Below, in pieces: positions 13,278 to 25,565 of a stretch of DNA of 64,000 nucleotides. The translations under genes were made by a program, and so were the position numbers. How positions within the stretch are numbered: position 1 is the stretch's first letter; each line of letters starts with the position of its first letter. The notes below the pieces were generated by a model, which did no database searches, was not told where the DNA came from, and saw only the letters and a program-made list of their open reading frames with translations. The stretch lies in NCBI RefSeq assembly GCF_001194135.2, contig NC_068998.1:22956979-23020978 (forward strand), given 5' to 3'. The DNA is from Octopus bimaculoides. Lineage: Eukaryota.

Positions 13278-13462
13278 ATAAAACAGGAAAAATAATCCAG
13301 AATCCTTTTCGGGTACAGGATCGATCCCAAAATCTAATCAGTTCTGACAGTCACGTAGCCAAGCATCCCTGAAAGTTTCATTCGAATCCATCCGGCAATT
13401 TTTGGGTTACCTTGTCCACGGACAAACAAAAAAATATCTCGCCCTTGCTAAGGCGGTGGTAA
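13278..13462 (-). mobile_element. Helentron/HINE-like non-autonomous element, partial copy
   Basis: Reverse complement aligns with 62437-62630 (ttattacc.ccgcctt.gc.a.ggcg, tttgtttgtcc, gaaact.tcagg, gaactgattagattt.gggatc). Confidence 0.65.
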
Positions 13463-13476
13463 TAATAATAATATTC

Positions 13477-14019
13477 CCTGCTGCAGTACCAGGCAGTGGA
13501 TCTCATGGCTTCTCATCGTAAGTGATTGGAAGTGTTATCATGTACATTATATGTCTTGGTACAAAAGATGGGCTACAAAAAATATTCTGCTCAATATCAC
13601 AGATCTGCTTGTCAGTTGTTTGACATTAACCAGTCGAACATGTCTCTTAGTGGTTGATGATATGTGCATCTATGATCACGAGCAAAAATACTGGGGAAGC
13701 ATCATAGCCATGTGTTGCAAGGAATTCTTTGGAAAATTCACTTTTGGAAATATGGGTGTGTCATTCATCATCCTTCAACAACCCTTACTCAGGGACCTTT
13801 TGAGAGGGTGGGCTACTCGACCTGAAGTATATTCTAACTGGGCCCCACCTACAAGGTCATGCACAGTTTATCTTAATATGAGGTCACCATGTCACGTACA
13901 TATGGTTATGACGTATGTGTCTGGTGTACCCTTATCAGACAAGTAGTCCTGATGAGTATACTGGGCTTCGTATTTTTTACGCCAGTGTCACTTTGTTGGC
14001 CTGCACTACTCTTTCACTC
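13477..14019 (+). mobile_element. Non-coding AAT-tailed dispersed repeat, longest copy (~540 bp)
   Basis: Short AAT run upstream and (AAT)/(AAC)n 14020-14125 downstream; two further copies at 5.9-6.3 kb (+) and 21.0-21.25 kb (-). Confidence 0.85.
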
Positions 14020-14071
14020 AATAATAATAATAATAATAACAAAACAACAACAACAACAACAACAACAATAA

Positions 14072-14123
<52 letters not shown>

Positions 14124-14989
14124 CGCAACAGCAGCAACAATTGTACAATGTAAATATCAATATATATGCGTGTATATATGTATGTATATATGTATGTATG
14201 TATGTATGTGGGTGCATGAGTATGTGTATGTATATACATGATTATTGCTATTTTTTATGTTTGTAATTAAAACACAACAGGTCAAGTTGAGCCTGAAGTA
14301 GTAAACATATTAGATCTTTGCTGACTGCATGGTTGTAACGCTTCTTTTGCTTCCTGATCGCACTACTGCTGCTACTGCTACTTATTATAACAACGAATAT
14401 ACTGATTCGCCTGCAGACAAACACACTCATGCGACAGTGTTGACATCCTGCTGACAGAACATAAACAATCCCATTACCACTTCTTCCACCACAACCGCCA
14501 ACGTCATCGCCATCTTACTGGAAGTAGCTAGGAAACTGCATGATGGTTCTGTCTTTTATCTCCCTGTGTCTCTCTGGATTTCAGTTCAATATCTGCATCT
14601 GTCTACAATGCTACATGAAATCTGCCTGCCATTTGATACCTTCCAATCGGGAGGCCATGACATAAACTAATTTAAAACTTCCCAAAATAGAATTACCCAC
14701 CCACCAGAAAATGATGATGCCTGGGACCTCTGAACCTCACACAAGAAACCAGACAACTGGTTAACACTGTGCGCTTATAGCACGGCCCTGAATATCAACC
14801 ATGGAAATATGCACTAGAACCAGTGGCGTTTGGACAAAGCGTACATTAGTGATCTTAGAGTATAACACCTAGCAGGAATAGCCTTTAAATCAGGACCAAA
14901 GTCCTCAAGAATCGATAGCAAATCAAACCAGTGACATTCCCGAAACTGAGACTCAGGATCAACTACTGTCAGGGGAGGTTACGAAGAGA

Positions 14990-15650
14990 CGGGCTATAAG
15001 TACTTGGAGATTTTGGAAATGGATACATTAATGGAGAAAGAAATGACAGACAAATTTAAGGTGGAGTACTTGCGCAGACTGAGACTGATACATAAGTCGA
15101 AATGAAACGGACGGAATAAGATCGAAGCTATCAACACCTGGGCGCTTTCACTCCTTAGATAGGCAGCAGGGGTAATGGCATACACAGTAGACGAATAAAA
15201 CAGCTTAGACAGAAAGACAAGGAAGTTGCTAATTAGATATGGATCACTAAACCCAAACAGTGACTCAGACAGTATTTACCAAGAAAATGAGGAGAAAGAG
15301 GCCTTTTTGGATGTGAACACAGCATTAGAGCAGAAGAAAACAACATAGCATGGTATGTAAAAAAATGCCACAGAACCGTTTATATTAGAGGTAGGAAGGT
15401 TAGGCCTGTGTAGGATGAAATATTGCAAAGATAAAGCACTGTACATGCAATTGAAAACGAATGAAACTGAAAATAAGTGGGTAAGAAAAGAAAAAAAGAA
15501 TGTATGGACAACTTCATGGGGATGTTGAAGATAATACAGACAGAGAAAAAAGATAGCTGTGGATGAGTAAAAGTGATTTAAAGCCGGAAATAGAGGCTCT
15601 AATCTGTGCTGCCCAAGAGCAAACACTAAGAACAAATTACATATAATAAT
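14990..15650 (+). mobile_element. R4/Dong-like LINE fragment, RT thumb and post-RT region
   Basis: YKYLEILEMD...EYLRRLRLIHKSK*NGRNKIEAINTWA...LDRKTRKLL...ICAAQEQTLRTNYI, across stops and frameshifts. Confidence 0.8.
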
Positions 15651-16564
15651 ACATATAATAATAATGTATAGCCATTCAGCAGCCGAAGACACAGAATCAC
15701 TAATATAACCCAGCAGGACAAGGGGGAAATAACTCTCAAAGACTGCAATATCTACAATTTCCTGGGAGTATTTAAATTTTCCTTCAAAATAAGTATAGAA
15801 TCTTACATGTCTACAGTTTTCCAATACCCAAACGATCACCTTTAAAAACTTTAATATCTAGAAATTCTGTGAACACATATCCTTTTCTTTCTCCAGGAGT
15901 ATTCGAAAATTTAAGCATTCTTTTTATTCTAAGAACGCTGTGGTTTTATCTCTTCGGACATACAAACAATCATCACTAGAAAATTAAAGAAAAGACTATA
16001 ATATCTACAATTTTGTGTCAAAATGTCATCTTACTTTTTTGCCTGACTAGCCGAATATGTAAACGAAACTTTTATTTTAGCAACACAATTAATTGCATGC
16101 CAAAGGAAACAAAATAGGGAGGTAAGCGCCCGCCAATATATACAAACTGCACAGTTACCAAAAAACTGTAATCCACAGCAAAACTTATAAAAAAGAAAAA
16201 TTGAAAATAGAAAAACAAACTCTAGAAATTCAAAAGTTCACGAATCAGTTTTTTTCAAGGGCAAGGTCAGCGCTTTCATTGATAGGTAGTAGTAGAAAAC
16301 GCATTTGATCTCTGCTGACCCCAAGGGTGTAGACCTTTTTTGTTTCTTTATCCCATAGGAATGCGCATTGCTAATCTCCTCACCATCAGCGAATACTATT
16401 TACAGACCTGTGGAATGTTGTCTATTCACCAAGCTGCTTCACTTCCTCCTGCTATTCTCTTCCACTCCCACATATTTATGATTCTCTCAAGTACAAGACA
16501 AAGGTTGAAACTAAACAACATTAAATAATACCAAGTAGTAGTAGTAGCAAAGTTGGCAGATTTA

Positions 16565-16627
16565 AATAAATAGTGATTATGCTGTCACAATAAATAGTGG
16601 TTATGCTGTTAAATAAATAGTGGTTAT
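16565..16627. repeat. Short tandem repeat, about 2.7 copies of a 23-24 bp unit (aataaatagtgRttatgctgt)
   Basis: Direct reading; lies just upstream of the long RLE LINE remnant. Confidence 0.85.
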
Positions 16628-16689
16628 ATACAGAAGTAATATACGCCTGTTTGGGCAGGCTATCTGAAGAGAAACACACCGCACTCACT

Positions 16690-18790
16690 TATCAAAGATG
16701 GAAAGCACGAAATCAAGACAGTAGACTATATTTGAACGAAAGCATGTTCGCAAATGTTCTGGGGATATCCTCAGAAATAAAATAAAAAGTTCACGTATAG
16801 TGAAACATCTGCGATCAAGCACATAGCGGAAAATGACATAAATATGACAATAAAAAATGATGAACCAGACGAAGAGAGGAACTCTCCACGAGTCACAATT
16901 GGTATACTGCCATCTGACCAGAAATCGCAAACATCTGTCGAAATAATTTGTAATGGACCTGATAAAGATAGCGAGGAGGAAAGTGGTAAAGAAACTATAT
17001 TTGAAGAACACACGTTTACTGAAGAACACAAAGAGTCTATTATCGAACTGAAGCAAAAACTCCTGTATAAACTTGAAGTTGTAAGACACGCAAATATCCA
17101 TGATATAGAAGCAGTTCTTAAGCTCTGAAATACCATTGAAAATAGAAAGCAAATTGCAATTGGAGACTATGTAACAAAACAAATTACACAAGAAGTAAAA
17201 CATGATCTCACTGAATTAAATGAAATTACTTACGAAGTTTCTAAGACAATTAATAGAAGTTGTATGCTTCTGAATGATCAGAGAAATGCAAACCTGAGAA
17301 TAATTCCGAACTAGAGAAGTAAAATTGACAAAAAAAAGATTGAAATAATGCGAGGTGAAATATCAATATTAAATGAACTAATCTGTGGAAACAATGTAAA
17401 ATCCGGAAAACGAAGAAAGATGGAGAGTAAACATAGATTCTCACCAAGAGAAGAACTGCTTTCAGCTAAAGAAACACTGTGACAGTAAGTAAGAAAAATC
17501 TCAAAGAATACGAGGATTTGAGAAGAGAAACAAATTTTACAAACAAAATACGTCGTTCACATCGAATGCGAAAACATTCTACATAGAAATATGGAAGGAA
17601 AAAATAACCGTTGCAGACTTCACTGCCACGAGAGAAGCTGACGTTTCTGGGAAAAATATCTGGAGTAATCAAAAGACTTACAATGGAATTGCAGACTGCA
17701 TTAAACACAAAGAAGGATCCTACCAAAACTTACAAGAAGAATCATGGGAAGACATCGCAATGGCAGACGTAAGGATGATACGCATCAAGGCTCATGAGTT
17801 GAAATCTGTTGGTAATTAGAGGATGCCAAATTTTTGGGTCGCCTCGCTCCCGTGCGCATACGACAATTTGTTCACGTTATTCAATGAAGTTATGTGAGAT
17901 CCTGCGAAAACACTTGATTGGTTAACAAGAGGTATTACTAACCTAATGCAGAAGAATAATGAAACCGTAGTTGCAAAGAAGGTGAAATCAATATCAAAGC
18001 ACAATGCGCTTGAACAATTGACTGATGGGTAGGAACAAAAACCTCTTCATGGTAATTATGTGGCCCGTAGCAAAGAAGCTGATGTAGACAAGAAGTACAC
18101 CCATCAGTGTCTACGGAGCTCAGGATTAAAGAGAGAGAGTGAAAGCTTTAAGTTGGCTGTCTCCAGAACAGAGTATATTGACCCAGGACTATCACACCAA
18201 TGTAATTAAAAATGGTGTAGACCAAAAGTGCCGATACGGTAGCGATGGGATAAAAACAGTTGACCATTTAATAACTTAATGTAATGATTTCGCACCTGTA
18301 GATTACGAATCAGGACATCACAGGGCTGGCCAATATCAATATTAGATAATGTGTCGGCATTATAAGATCAAATCTGCGGAAAAATGGTAAACGCACCACA
18401 CTGAGGTTGTAACTGAAGGAAAAAATGTAACTATTCTTTGGGACTTCCCTGTATGTACATATCGAACCATCGAGGTAAATAAACCAGATATTGTTGTGAA
18501 AGGCGAAAGCAAAAATGTATTTTTATTGATTGACAAGAGCATAACCTGTAACTATGATATCTCGGCAAAAAAATTTGATGAGCTTAGAAAATATAAAGAT
18601 CTGTTAATCGAAATCGAAAAGATGTGGCATCTCAAGACAGTTGCAATACCAGTGATTGTAGGAGCACTTGGAATGGTCAAAAAGGAGCTGAAAATTATTT
18701 AAGAATGATGCCTGGCTTAGCATGCATGCAGAAAATGCAAGAGATTGTATTGACTGGTACGTTACACGTATTGAGAAGAGCATTGTCTCT
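16690..18790 (+). mobile_element. Long R4/Dong-like LINE remnant with N-terminal region and RLE domain but no RT core
   Basis: N-terminal acidic region, DWLTRGITNLMQK joined directly to KPLHGNY..ADVDKK..LRSSGLK, zinc-knuckle remnant KCRYG..TVDHLI..C, then ILWDFPV..VNKPDIVV..LIDKSI..KYKDLLIEIEKMWHLKTVAIPVIVGALG..TGTLHVLRRALSL. Confidence 0.8.
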
Positions 18791-19013
18791 GGAAATTATC
18801 TTTCCTTTCAGCCCTCTATTTTATTTGCCTACATTTCTAATTTTTTTCCTTTGTCTCGCTATCTTTCCCCTTTTCTCTTATCACAGGAGTCTGTAAATGA
18901 ACAACCTGATATGCTTGGTTTAATGGCCTACAAATATATACAGTACGTTTCTCTGCCCTAGGAAGACACTCGGCAGGAAATGGAAACAGAAATTAAAGAA
19001 GATGCTAAAGAGA

Positions 19014-19063
<50 letters not shown>

Positions 19064-19065
<2 letters not shown>

Positions 19066-19263
19066 CTAACTTTGGTAGAAGGCCACCAGTTTCAGGGGAG
19101 GTGGCCAGTCCATTATACCGACCCCAGCGTTCAACTGGCACACATTTTATCGTTGTGGAAGGTAAAGTCAACCTCGGCGGAATTTGATCTAAGAACGTAA
19201 AGACGGACGAAACATCACTAAGCATTTCTTCCATCGTGTTAACGTTTCTGCAAGCACGTAGCC

Positions 19264-19265
<2 letters not shown>
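19064..19265 (-). mobile_element. tRNA-derived SINE, family 1
   Basis: Reverse complement of the 1515-1696 type, including the head (ggctacgtgcttgcagaaacgttaacacg) and B-box-like ttcttagatcaaattccgccgagg. Confidence 0.8.
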
Positions 19266-19328
<63 letters not shown>

Positions 19329-19329
19329 T

Positions 19330-20488
19330 CGAGATGTGTAAGGAAATAAAGAATTTTGGGTAGCGCTGTGGAGTGGCCGGCGAGACAAAGAAAGTGTGGC
19401 TAACAAAGAGAACATACAACCGTGCTAAGACAAAAGGACGTGGGAATGAAGCGATATACAGTGAGACAGAAATTAATAAAAACACCATATTAGAAAGGAC
19501 TAGGCCTGTGTGGAGTGCAAGGATATTGATTGAAGAACTTTACTCAGTTGCATAAAAAGATGACTGCGTAAATGGATGGCTGCAGCAAAGTCATGTATCT
19601 GCTTCGATTACAAGTCGACGAACCCTGTTTTGCATAAAGGTTCCTTGAAAGGGAACTTGGTATCAAAGTTTTGACCTATAAACTGTTTTCCCTTATATGT
19701 AAGCTTCTGACTAGTGAATTGGCGGAAGAGTTATACAGCCAACTGGAAAGTAACAATCTACTAACAGTAGAAAATATGCAGGAAACAAAGTAAGGCAACA
19801 AAATATCAGTTATTATTTTTTTTTTAAATGATAATTAGAAATTGTAAATGTAGATTGATGTGACTGACTATAGCATGGCTGGATTACAAAAAGGTGTATG
19901 AAATGGTACAACACAGATGAAAACTTGAAACAATGAGCATATTTAGAACAGCAAAAACATGGAGAAAGTACTTAATGAAAGTATGAAACATTGGAATACT
20001 GAATTCATCGGAGAAAACAAAATCTTGGAGAAGTGAACATCAGTCTTAACTCCATTCGGATTTGGGTTGGCCATGACACCGCTCTGTATGACACTACGAA
20101 AAGTTAAAATAGCTTAGGCTTTTCGAAAATGAAACGGTCAGATAACGCATCTTTTTATAGATGATATAATAGTCTATACGAAAAATGAGAAACAGCTTGA
20201 ATGTCTTCCACATACCATCCGCATTTTCTGAAATGACGTAGGTATAGAATTTGGGATAGAAAAGTGCGTTATATTGAAAATGAAACAAAGAAGATAGTAA
20301 GGAAGCAAGGAAATTGAAATGTCAAATGAGCAAACGATGAGAGCGGTTGAGGAAAAACAGTGGTACAAGTAACTGGGAATAGTGGAAAGAGACGAAATGA
20401 ATAATGAAGAAATAAAGCAAATGGCCAGTAGGGAGTACACAAAAAGAGTAAGATGATTATTGCAGTCAAACCTGAATTCCAAAAATAA
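19330..20488 (+). mobile_element. R4/Dong-like LINE RT fragment (pseudogenised)
   Basis: Begins right after (AAT)n; EFWVALW, GVQGY*LKNFTQLH, KLLTSELAEELYSQLESNNLL, AWLDYKKVYEMV, LFIDDIIVY, EFGIEKC; ends at (TTC)n. Confidence 0.75.
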
Positions 20489-20574
20489 TTCTTCTTCTTC
20501 TTCTTCTTCTTCTTCTTCTTCTTCTTCTTCTTCTTCTTCTTCTTCTTCTTCTTCTTCTTCTTCTTCTTCTTCTT
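20489..20574. repeat. (TTC)n microsatellite abutting a gap
   Basis: Direct reading. Confidence 0.97.
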
Positions 20575-20858
20575 NNNNNNNNNNNNNNNNNNNNNNNNNN
20601 NNNNNNNNNNNNNNNNNNNNNNNNNNNNNNNNNNNNNNNNNNNNNNNNNNNNNNNNNNNNNNNNNNNNNNNNNNNNNNNNNNNNNNNNNNNNNNNNNNNN
20701 NNNNNNNNNNNNNNNNNNNNNNNNNNNNNNNNNNNNNNNNNNNNNNNNNNNNNNNNNNNNNNNNNNNNNNNNNNNNNNNNNNNNNNNNNNNNNNNNNNNN
20801 NNNNNNNNNNNNNNNNNNNNNNNNNNNNNNNNNNNNNNNNNNNNNNNNNNNNNNNNNN

Positions 20859-20971
20859 TACTGTATTGAAAGTGTTTTGCGTAGGATGTGTGCAGTGTCC
20901 AGTAGTGCAATTTTCTGTATGTTATATATATTTGTAAGTCCTGGTGTTTTTGTTATGTATTTGTCTGAATA

Positions 20972-20973
<2 letters not shown>
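20859..20973 (-). mobile_element. R4/Dong-like LINE 3' end, subfamily A, 5'-truncated at (AAT)n
   Basis: KYSDKYITKTPGLTNIYNIQKIALLDTAHILRKTLSIQ* directly after the AAT run on the minus strand. Confidence 0.85.
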
Positions 20974-21023
<50 letters not shown>

Positions 21024-21024
21024 A

Positions 21025-21250
21025 CTTGTAAGAGTGCAACGCATGCCACTAAAGTGACGCAACGGTGCAAATATACAAAGGCCAATATAGCCATAATGAC
21101 CCTGATGCTTCATCTAATAATGTTACCCAACACACATGTGTCACAACCATATTTATGTGTGACATGGTGAACTCATATCAAGATGAATAGCCCATTTCCT
21201 TGCAGGTGGTGCCAGAATTTTCTCCAGATCGAATAGTCCATCCCTCTAAA
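21025..21250 (-). mobile_element. Non-coding AAT-tailed dispersed repeat, 3' part
   Basis: Reverse complement aligns with 13810-14019 (gggatggactattcgatctggagaaaattct, cacctgcaagg, tcttgatatgag, atggttgtgac, cactttagtggcatgc). Confidence 0.75.
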
Positions 21251-21255
21251 ATTCT

Positions 21256-21358
21256 TCCTTGTTGTTGTTGTTGATCTTGTTAATATCAATAATAATAATT
21301 ACATTAGCAGTCGTAACAGCAGCAGCAATGTTGTTGTTATTATTATTATTATTATTAT

Positions 21359-21422
<64 letters not shown>

Positions 21423-21440
21423 TGTTGTTGTTGTTGTTGT
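21256..21440. repeat. Compound trinucleotide microsatellite (GTT/AAT/GCA/ATT/AGT/GTT)
   Basis: Direct reading. Confidence 0.9.
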
Positions 21441-22009
21441 CCTGGCATTGTGGCGAAGACACCCACACCTTCGCATCCAATCACTCTGAAGATTTGTTGT
21501 AGTTTAAGCGTCTTTGCAATGTTTACGTGCAATGTTTTGTCCCGTCCTGTACAGAATGGTGGTGAATAGCATCTTGAATGTTTGCCACTATGCGCGGAGT
21601 TTGTGATTTTTATAATCATATTTACCCATTTCTGTAACGTTTGGAGGAATCTACTTTCCCTAATTTTTCGGCAACATTCCAAGAGATTATCACCAAATAT
21701 TTTAGGAGTTCCATCCTCGATGGATTCCCATTTATAAAACAAAACACCGTCAAATCGCGACTACAGCTAGTGCCAGCTTGACCTACAGCAGCAACATCAT
21801 CAATATAAAATAGAATAAAACAAAGAATTGAAAAACCAAAATCTCTATTGCCTTTTTACCACATGTGAAATGAATACAAACATTTTAGCATCAATAGCAT
21901 GCCACGCTAATGTTGTCAGATGCGCCATATTCATTCGGTTGGACGAAGGAGATTTTTAAGGAAGTGATTTCTTTTGAAAACTAATGTGAAAAACCTACTG
22001 AGTAGGTTT

Positions 22010-22560
22010 CCGTGAAATGTTACATGAAATATAGCAGGATGAATTCAGAAATACTTCGACCACAAAACGTTGGAAACAAAATGTATGACAACATAACTTG
22101 TAACACAGAAGCAATTCAGAACCAACTGAAGCACCAAACCATACGTCACCAGTTAAACAATTTCTGTGAAGTAAATGTAAGATTCTCTACAAAGGAAGAC
22201 AACACCACAGAAACACAAATGAGTAACGGACTGGCCCTCAAACCTATCTTTCATGACGGCAGAATTATAAAAATTAGAATAGTCGATATGCACCAACATT
22301 TATCATGAGTATGTTTCTAGCAGCTGTCTCTGGCAGTATTGTAGAGGTCCACACATTATTAGTCGGGACAAGGAATAGTGCCTATAACACTAATGTCTCA
22401 CCAAAGCATGGAATACATTCAGCAGGTAATTTATCATCCACACAGCTCAAAACTATGCGTGGACGTTGAAAAGGCAAACTCATCCTGGTGTAGTGACACA
22501 ATCCACTGAATGTGCTTCTCTCTGCAACGACGAAAGGAAGATGCAAGATACCTACTTTTA
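22010..22560 (+). mobile_element. Probable L1/Tx1-like ORF1 remnant
   Basis: EVNVRFSTKED...LKPIFHDGRIIKIRI, FLAAV, KLCVDVEK..SWC and CFS.. resemble gag-like ORF1 with a decayed zinc knuckle; followed by T/K-rich low-complexity coding-like sequence to about 23040. Confidence 0.4.
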
Positions 22561-25351
22561 CCCACACTCATCAACATATAACAACCTTAGCAACATCACG
22601 AACAGTGGAAGCTGGAGCAGCAACACAGGCACAGCGCGGCCGTAACAGGTAACGTTACAGCAACTTCAACAGTGATTCAGACAGCCACCGAAGAAACAGC
22701 AACTCCAATAAAAATACAACTGCGATAAAAAGTAACAGAAACAACAAAACAAATACCACCTTCCAGGGATACCAAAAATATAACAAAAAATTAAAGGTAT
22801 AACCAAACATATAATCAACATCATAAACCAAAAAAATATTACAAAATACCATATAATTTAAAACGTAGAGACGAATCAACTTCCACAAGCGACACACCGA
22901 CGCCATCACGAAGATAATAACAATATTATCAAGACCCTATTCACAATCACAGACATTATCATCACAATCACGAAATACCACGGAAACACTGGAAACAGGG
23001 ACAAAAGAAACAAATATTGCTAGAAATGCCACCAACAAAGAAGAAATGAAAGGTATACATCGATTTGCATATATATCATTGAAAGTGATTTCTATTCACA
23101 AAAAAAAAAAATACTCCACGACGCCTGACGTAGTTTTGAGGGAGAATGTGTTTTTCTGGTGTTTCATGCCCAACTCTGAAGGCATTTGGGGAAGTTATTT
23201 TTGTATAGATTGTATCAGTTGAGTTAATATTCATACATTTATATAAACACACATATTAAGAAATATTCTGGTAATGCCCTCGATTGAAAACTATTAGTGA
23301 TTTATTAAGAAATCAACACCATTATCGTTATTATTTAACCTTTTAAAATATTACTTTCACAGAACTTTTAGCGCATCAAACAGGCTTCAAGGCGGTGTAT
23401 TTGCAGCCCTTTTGCATTCTGAAGCTAAATCCCTCTGATATCAACTATAGCTTTGATCGTCCTGTTTGCATGAAATTAAATGTCATATATGTATCATTTC
23501 TATACATTAAAAAATACAAACGTTTTTTTACTGTTGAATAATTTCTCCTGAAAATACTCCCCTAACACCTTACACGCAAATGTATGGCACATTGAAAAAT
23601 GTATGGCACATAGAAAAATGTTGTCCCATTTTATCTCTGACACCATAAAGCATGTTACAAAAATAGCTGACACATACGGGCATAGATCTACTCTATGAGA
23701 ATTCCAATACATCTCTCCATTGTTTACTATACATGCAACACCAATCAATGTGGCCGTGTATCACTTGGTACATTTGACTATATTTATATTCTCCTTCCTA
23801 TTGCTACAAGCAAAACTGTATCATGTGTGTCGTTGGCAAATGAAAGCAATATCATGTTAGTGATCAAGAAATTGAAAATGTAATCAATAACGCTTTCTGT
23901 AGGTAACGTGTTATTATATAAAACTTTATTCCCACAAGATTTTGGATTCTGATTTCTTGTTTGCGCTGAAAGTATAGCTTATAATAGAAAGCTTCTCCTT
24001 TGATGAATATAGTTTATGTCGATAACATCTGTTCCATGAAAGAATTTACTAGTTGAGAAGAAAATCAAAGGGAAATCATTACTCTTGCCTATGGGGGGAA
24101 TAAAAGATTTTTTGAGAGTCTCTAAGCCTTAACATTAAATAATCTATAAGTATATATTTTTACCTTCAAGGATTTTAAATTTATGAGTTTTCTTTCATTT
24201 TGAACACACACAGCCATACAGATATATGTGTGCTTGTGTCTTTGTGTTTGTGTGCGTGTGCGCTCGCACATTTGCGTACATGCATTATATGTATATATAT
24301 NNNNNNNNNNNNNNNNNNNNNNNNNNNNNNNNNNNNNNNNNNNNNNNNNNNNNNNNNNNNNNNNNNNNNNNNNNNNNNNNNNNNNNNNNNNNNNNNNNNN
24401 NNNNNNNNNNNNNNNNNNNNNNNNNNNNNNNNNNNNNNNNNNNNNNNNNNNNNNNNNNNNNNNNNNNNNNNNNNNNNNNNNNNNNNNNNNNNNNNNNNNN
24501 NNNNNNNNNNNNNNNNNNNNNNNNNNNNNNNNNNNNNNNNNNNNNNNNNNNNNNNNNNNNNNNNNNNNNNNNNNNNNNNNNNNNNNNNNNNNNNNNNNNN
24601 NNNNNNNNNNNNNNNNNNNNNNNNNNNNNNNNNNNNNNNNNNNNNNNNNNNNNNNNNNNNNNNNNNNNNNNNNNNNNNNNNNNNNNNNNNNNNNNNNNNN
24701 NNNNNNNNNNNNNNNNNNNNNNNNNNNNNNNNNNNNNNNNNNNNNNNNNNNNNNNNNNNNNNNNNNNNNNNNNNNNNNNNNNNNNNNNNTTATATATTTC
24801 ATATCTACATACATATATACGTATACATAAACATGTGTGTGTGTATCTAAAATTATGCATGTATCCGCGTGTTATGTTTTAATATGCAGAAACAATGAGG
24901 GAAAGAAGGGCAGAGAGATGTAAAGATGTCTCTTTATTATATAATACCACTGGGGAATAAAAATTCAAATATTCCCTAACGCATCATGAATGTAACATAG
25001 TTTGCGTTTTAGAGCAGTGAGAAAAAATTGACTTACTTAGGCGAAGGTAGGAAACTCGAAGCCTTTTTCTCGGTCAACGTTACTACTTATGCGAAAACTA
25101 CCACCACCACTGTTGCAGCCGCAGCCGTCACCTTCACCGTCGACACTAGCACGGCCCCCACCACCAAGCAATATCATCATCATCATCATCATCATCATCT
25201 ATAGCAACAATAACAACAACAGCAACAACATCAACAACAGCAGCAACAGTAGCTGCAGCGTCATGATCGACAGGCTCATCAGGAACAACTACTTATACAG
25301 TAATCTTATCATCATTTCGTTATTCTTCTAGTAGAATCATGTTAAATATTG

Positions 25352-25565
25352 ATTTCAAATTTTGGCACAAGGCCAGCAAGTTCGAGGAAGGGGAGTAAGT
25401 CGTTAACGTCATTCCCTGTGCGTAAATGGTATTCATTTTATCGGCTCCTAAACAACGAAAGCGAAACTTATCTTTTGCGGAATTTTAATCAGAACGTAAG
25501 AATGGACAAAATGACCGAAGCATATTGCCCTGTGTATAAATATTCTGCCGTCTCGCTGCTTGAAG
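25352..25565 (-). mobile_element. tRNA-derived SINE, family 1 (diverged)
   Basis: tttcaaattttggcacaaggccagcaag...ttttatcgg...gcggaattttaatcagaacgtaag...gaagcatattgccc, reverse of the family-1 layout. Confidence 0.7.

Noticed and set aside
13948-13990. CTGATGA in the AAT-tailed repeat as a hammerhead core
   Set aside because: No downstream GAAA or stems, and the other copies lack the motif.
21441-21742. Minus-strand 147-aa ORF (MFYKWESIEDG...)
   Set aside because: One third is microsatellite; the remainder has no recognisable motif or splice support and is probably a TE fossil.
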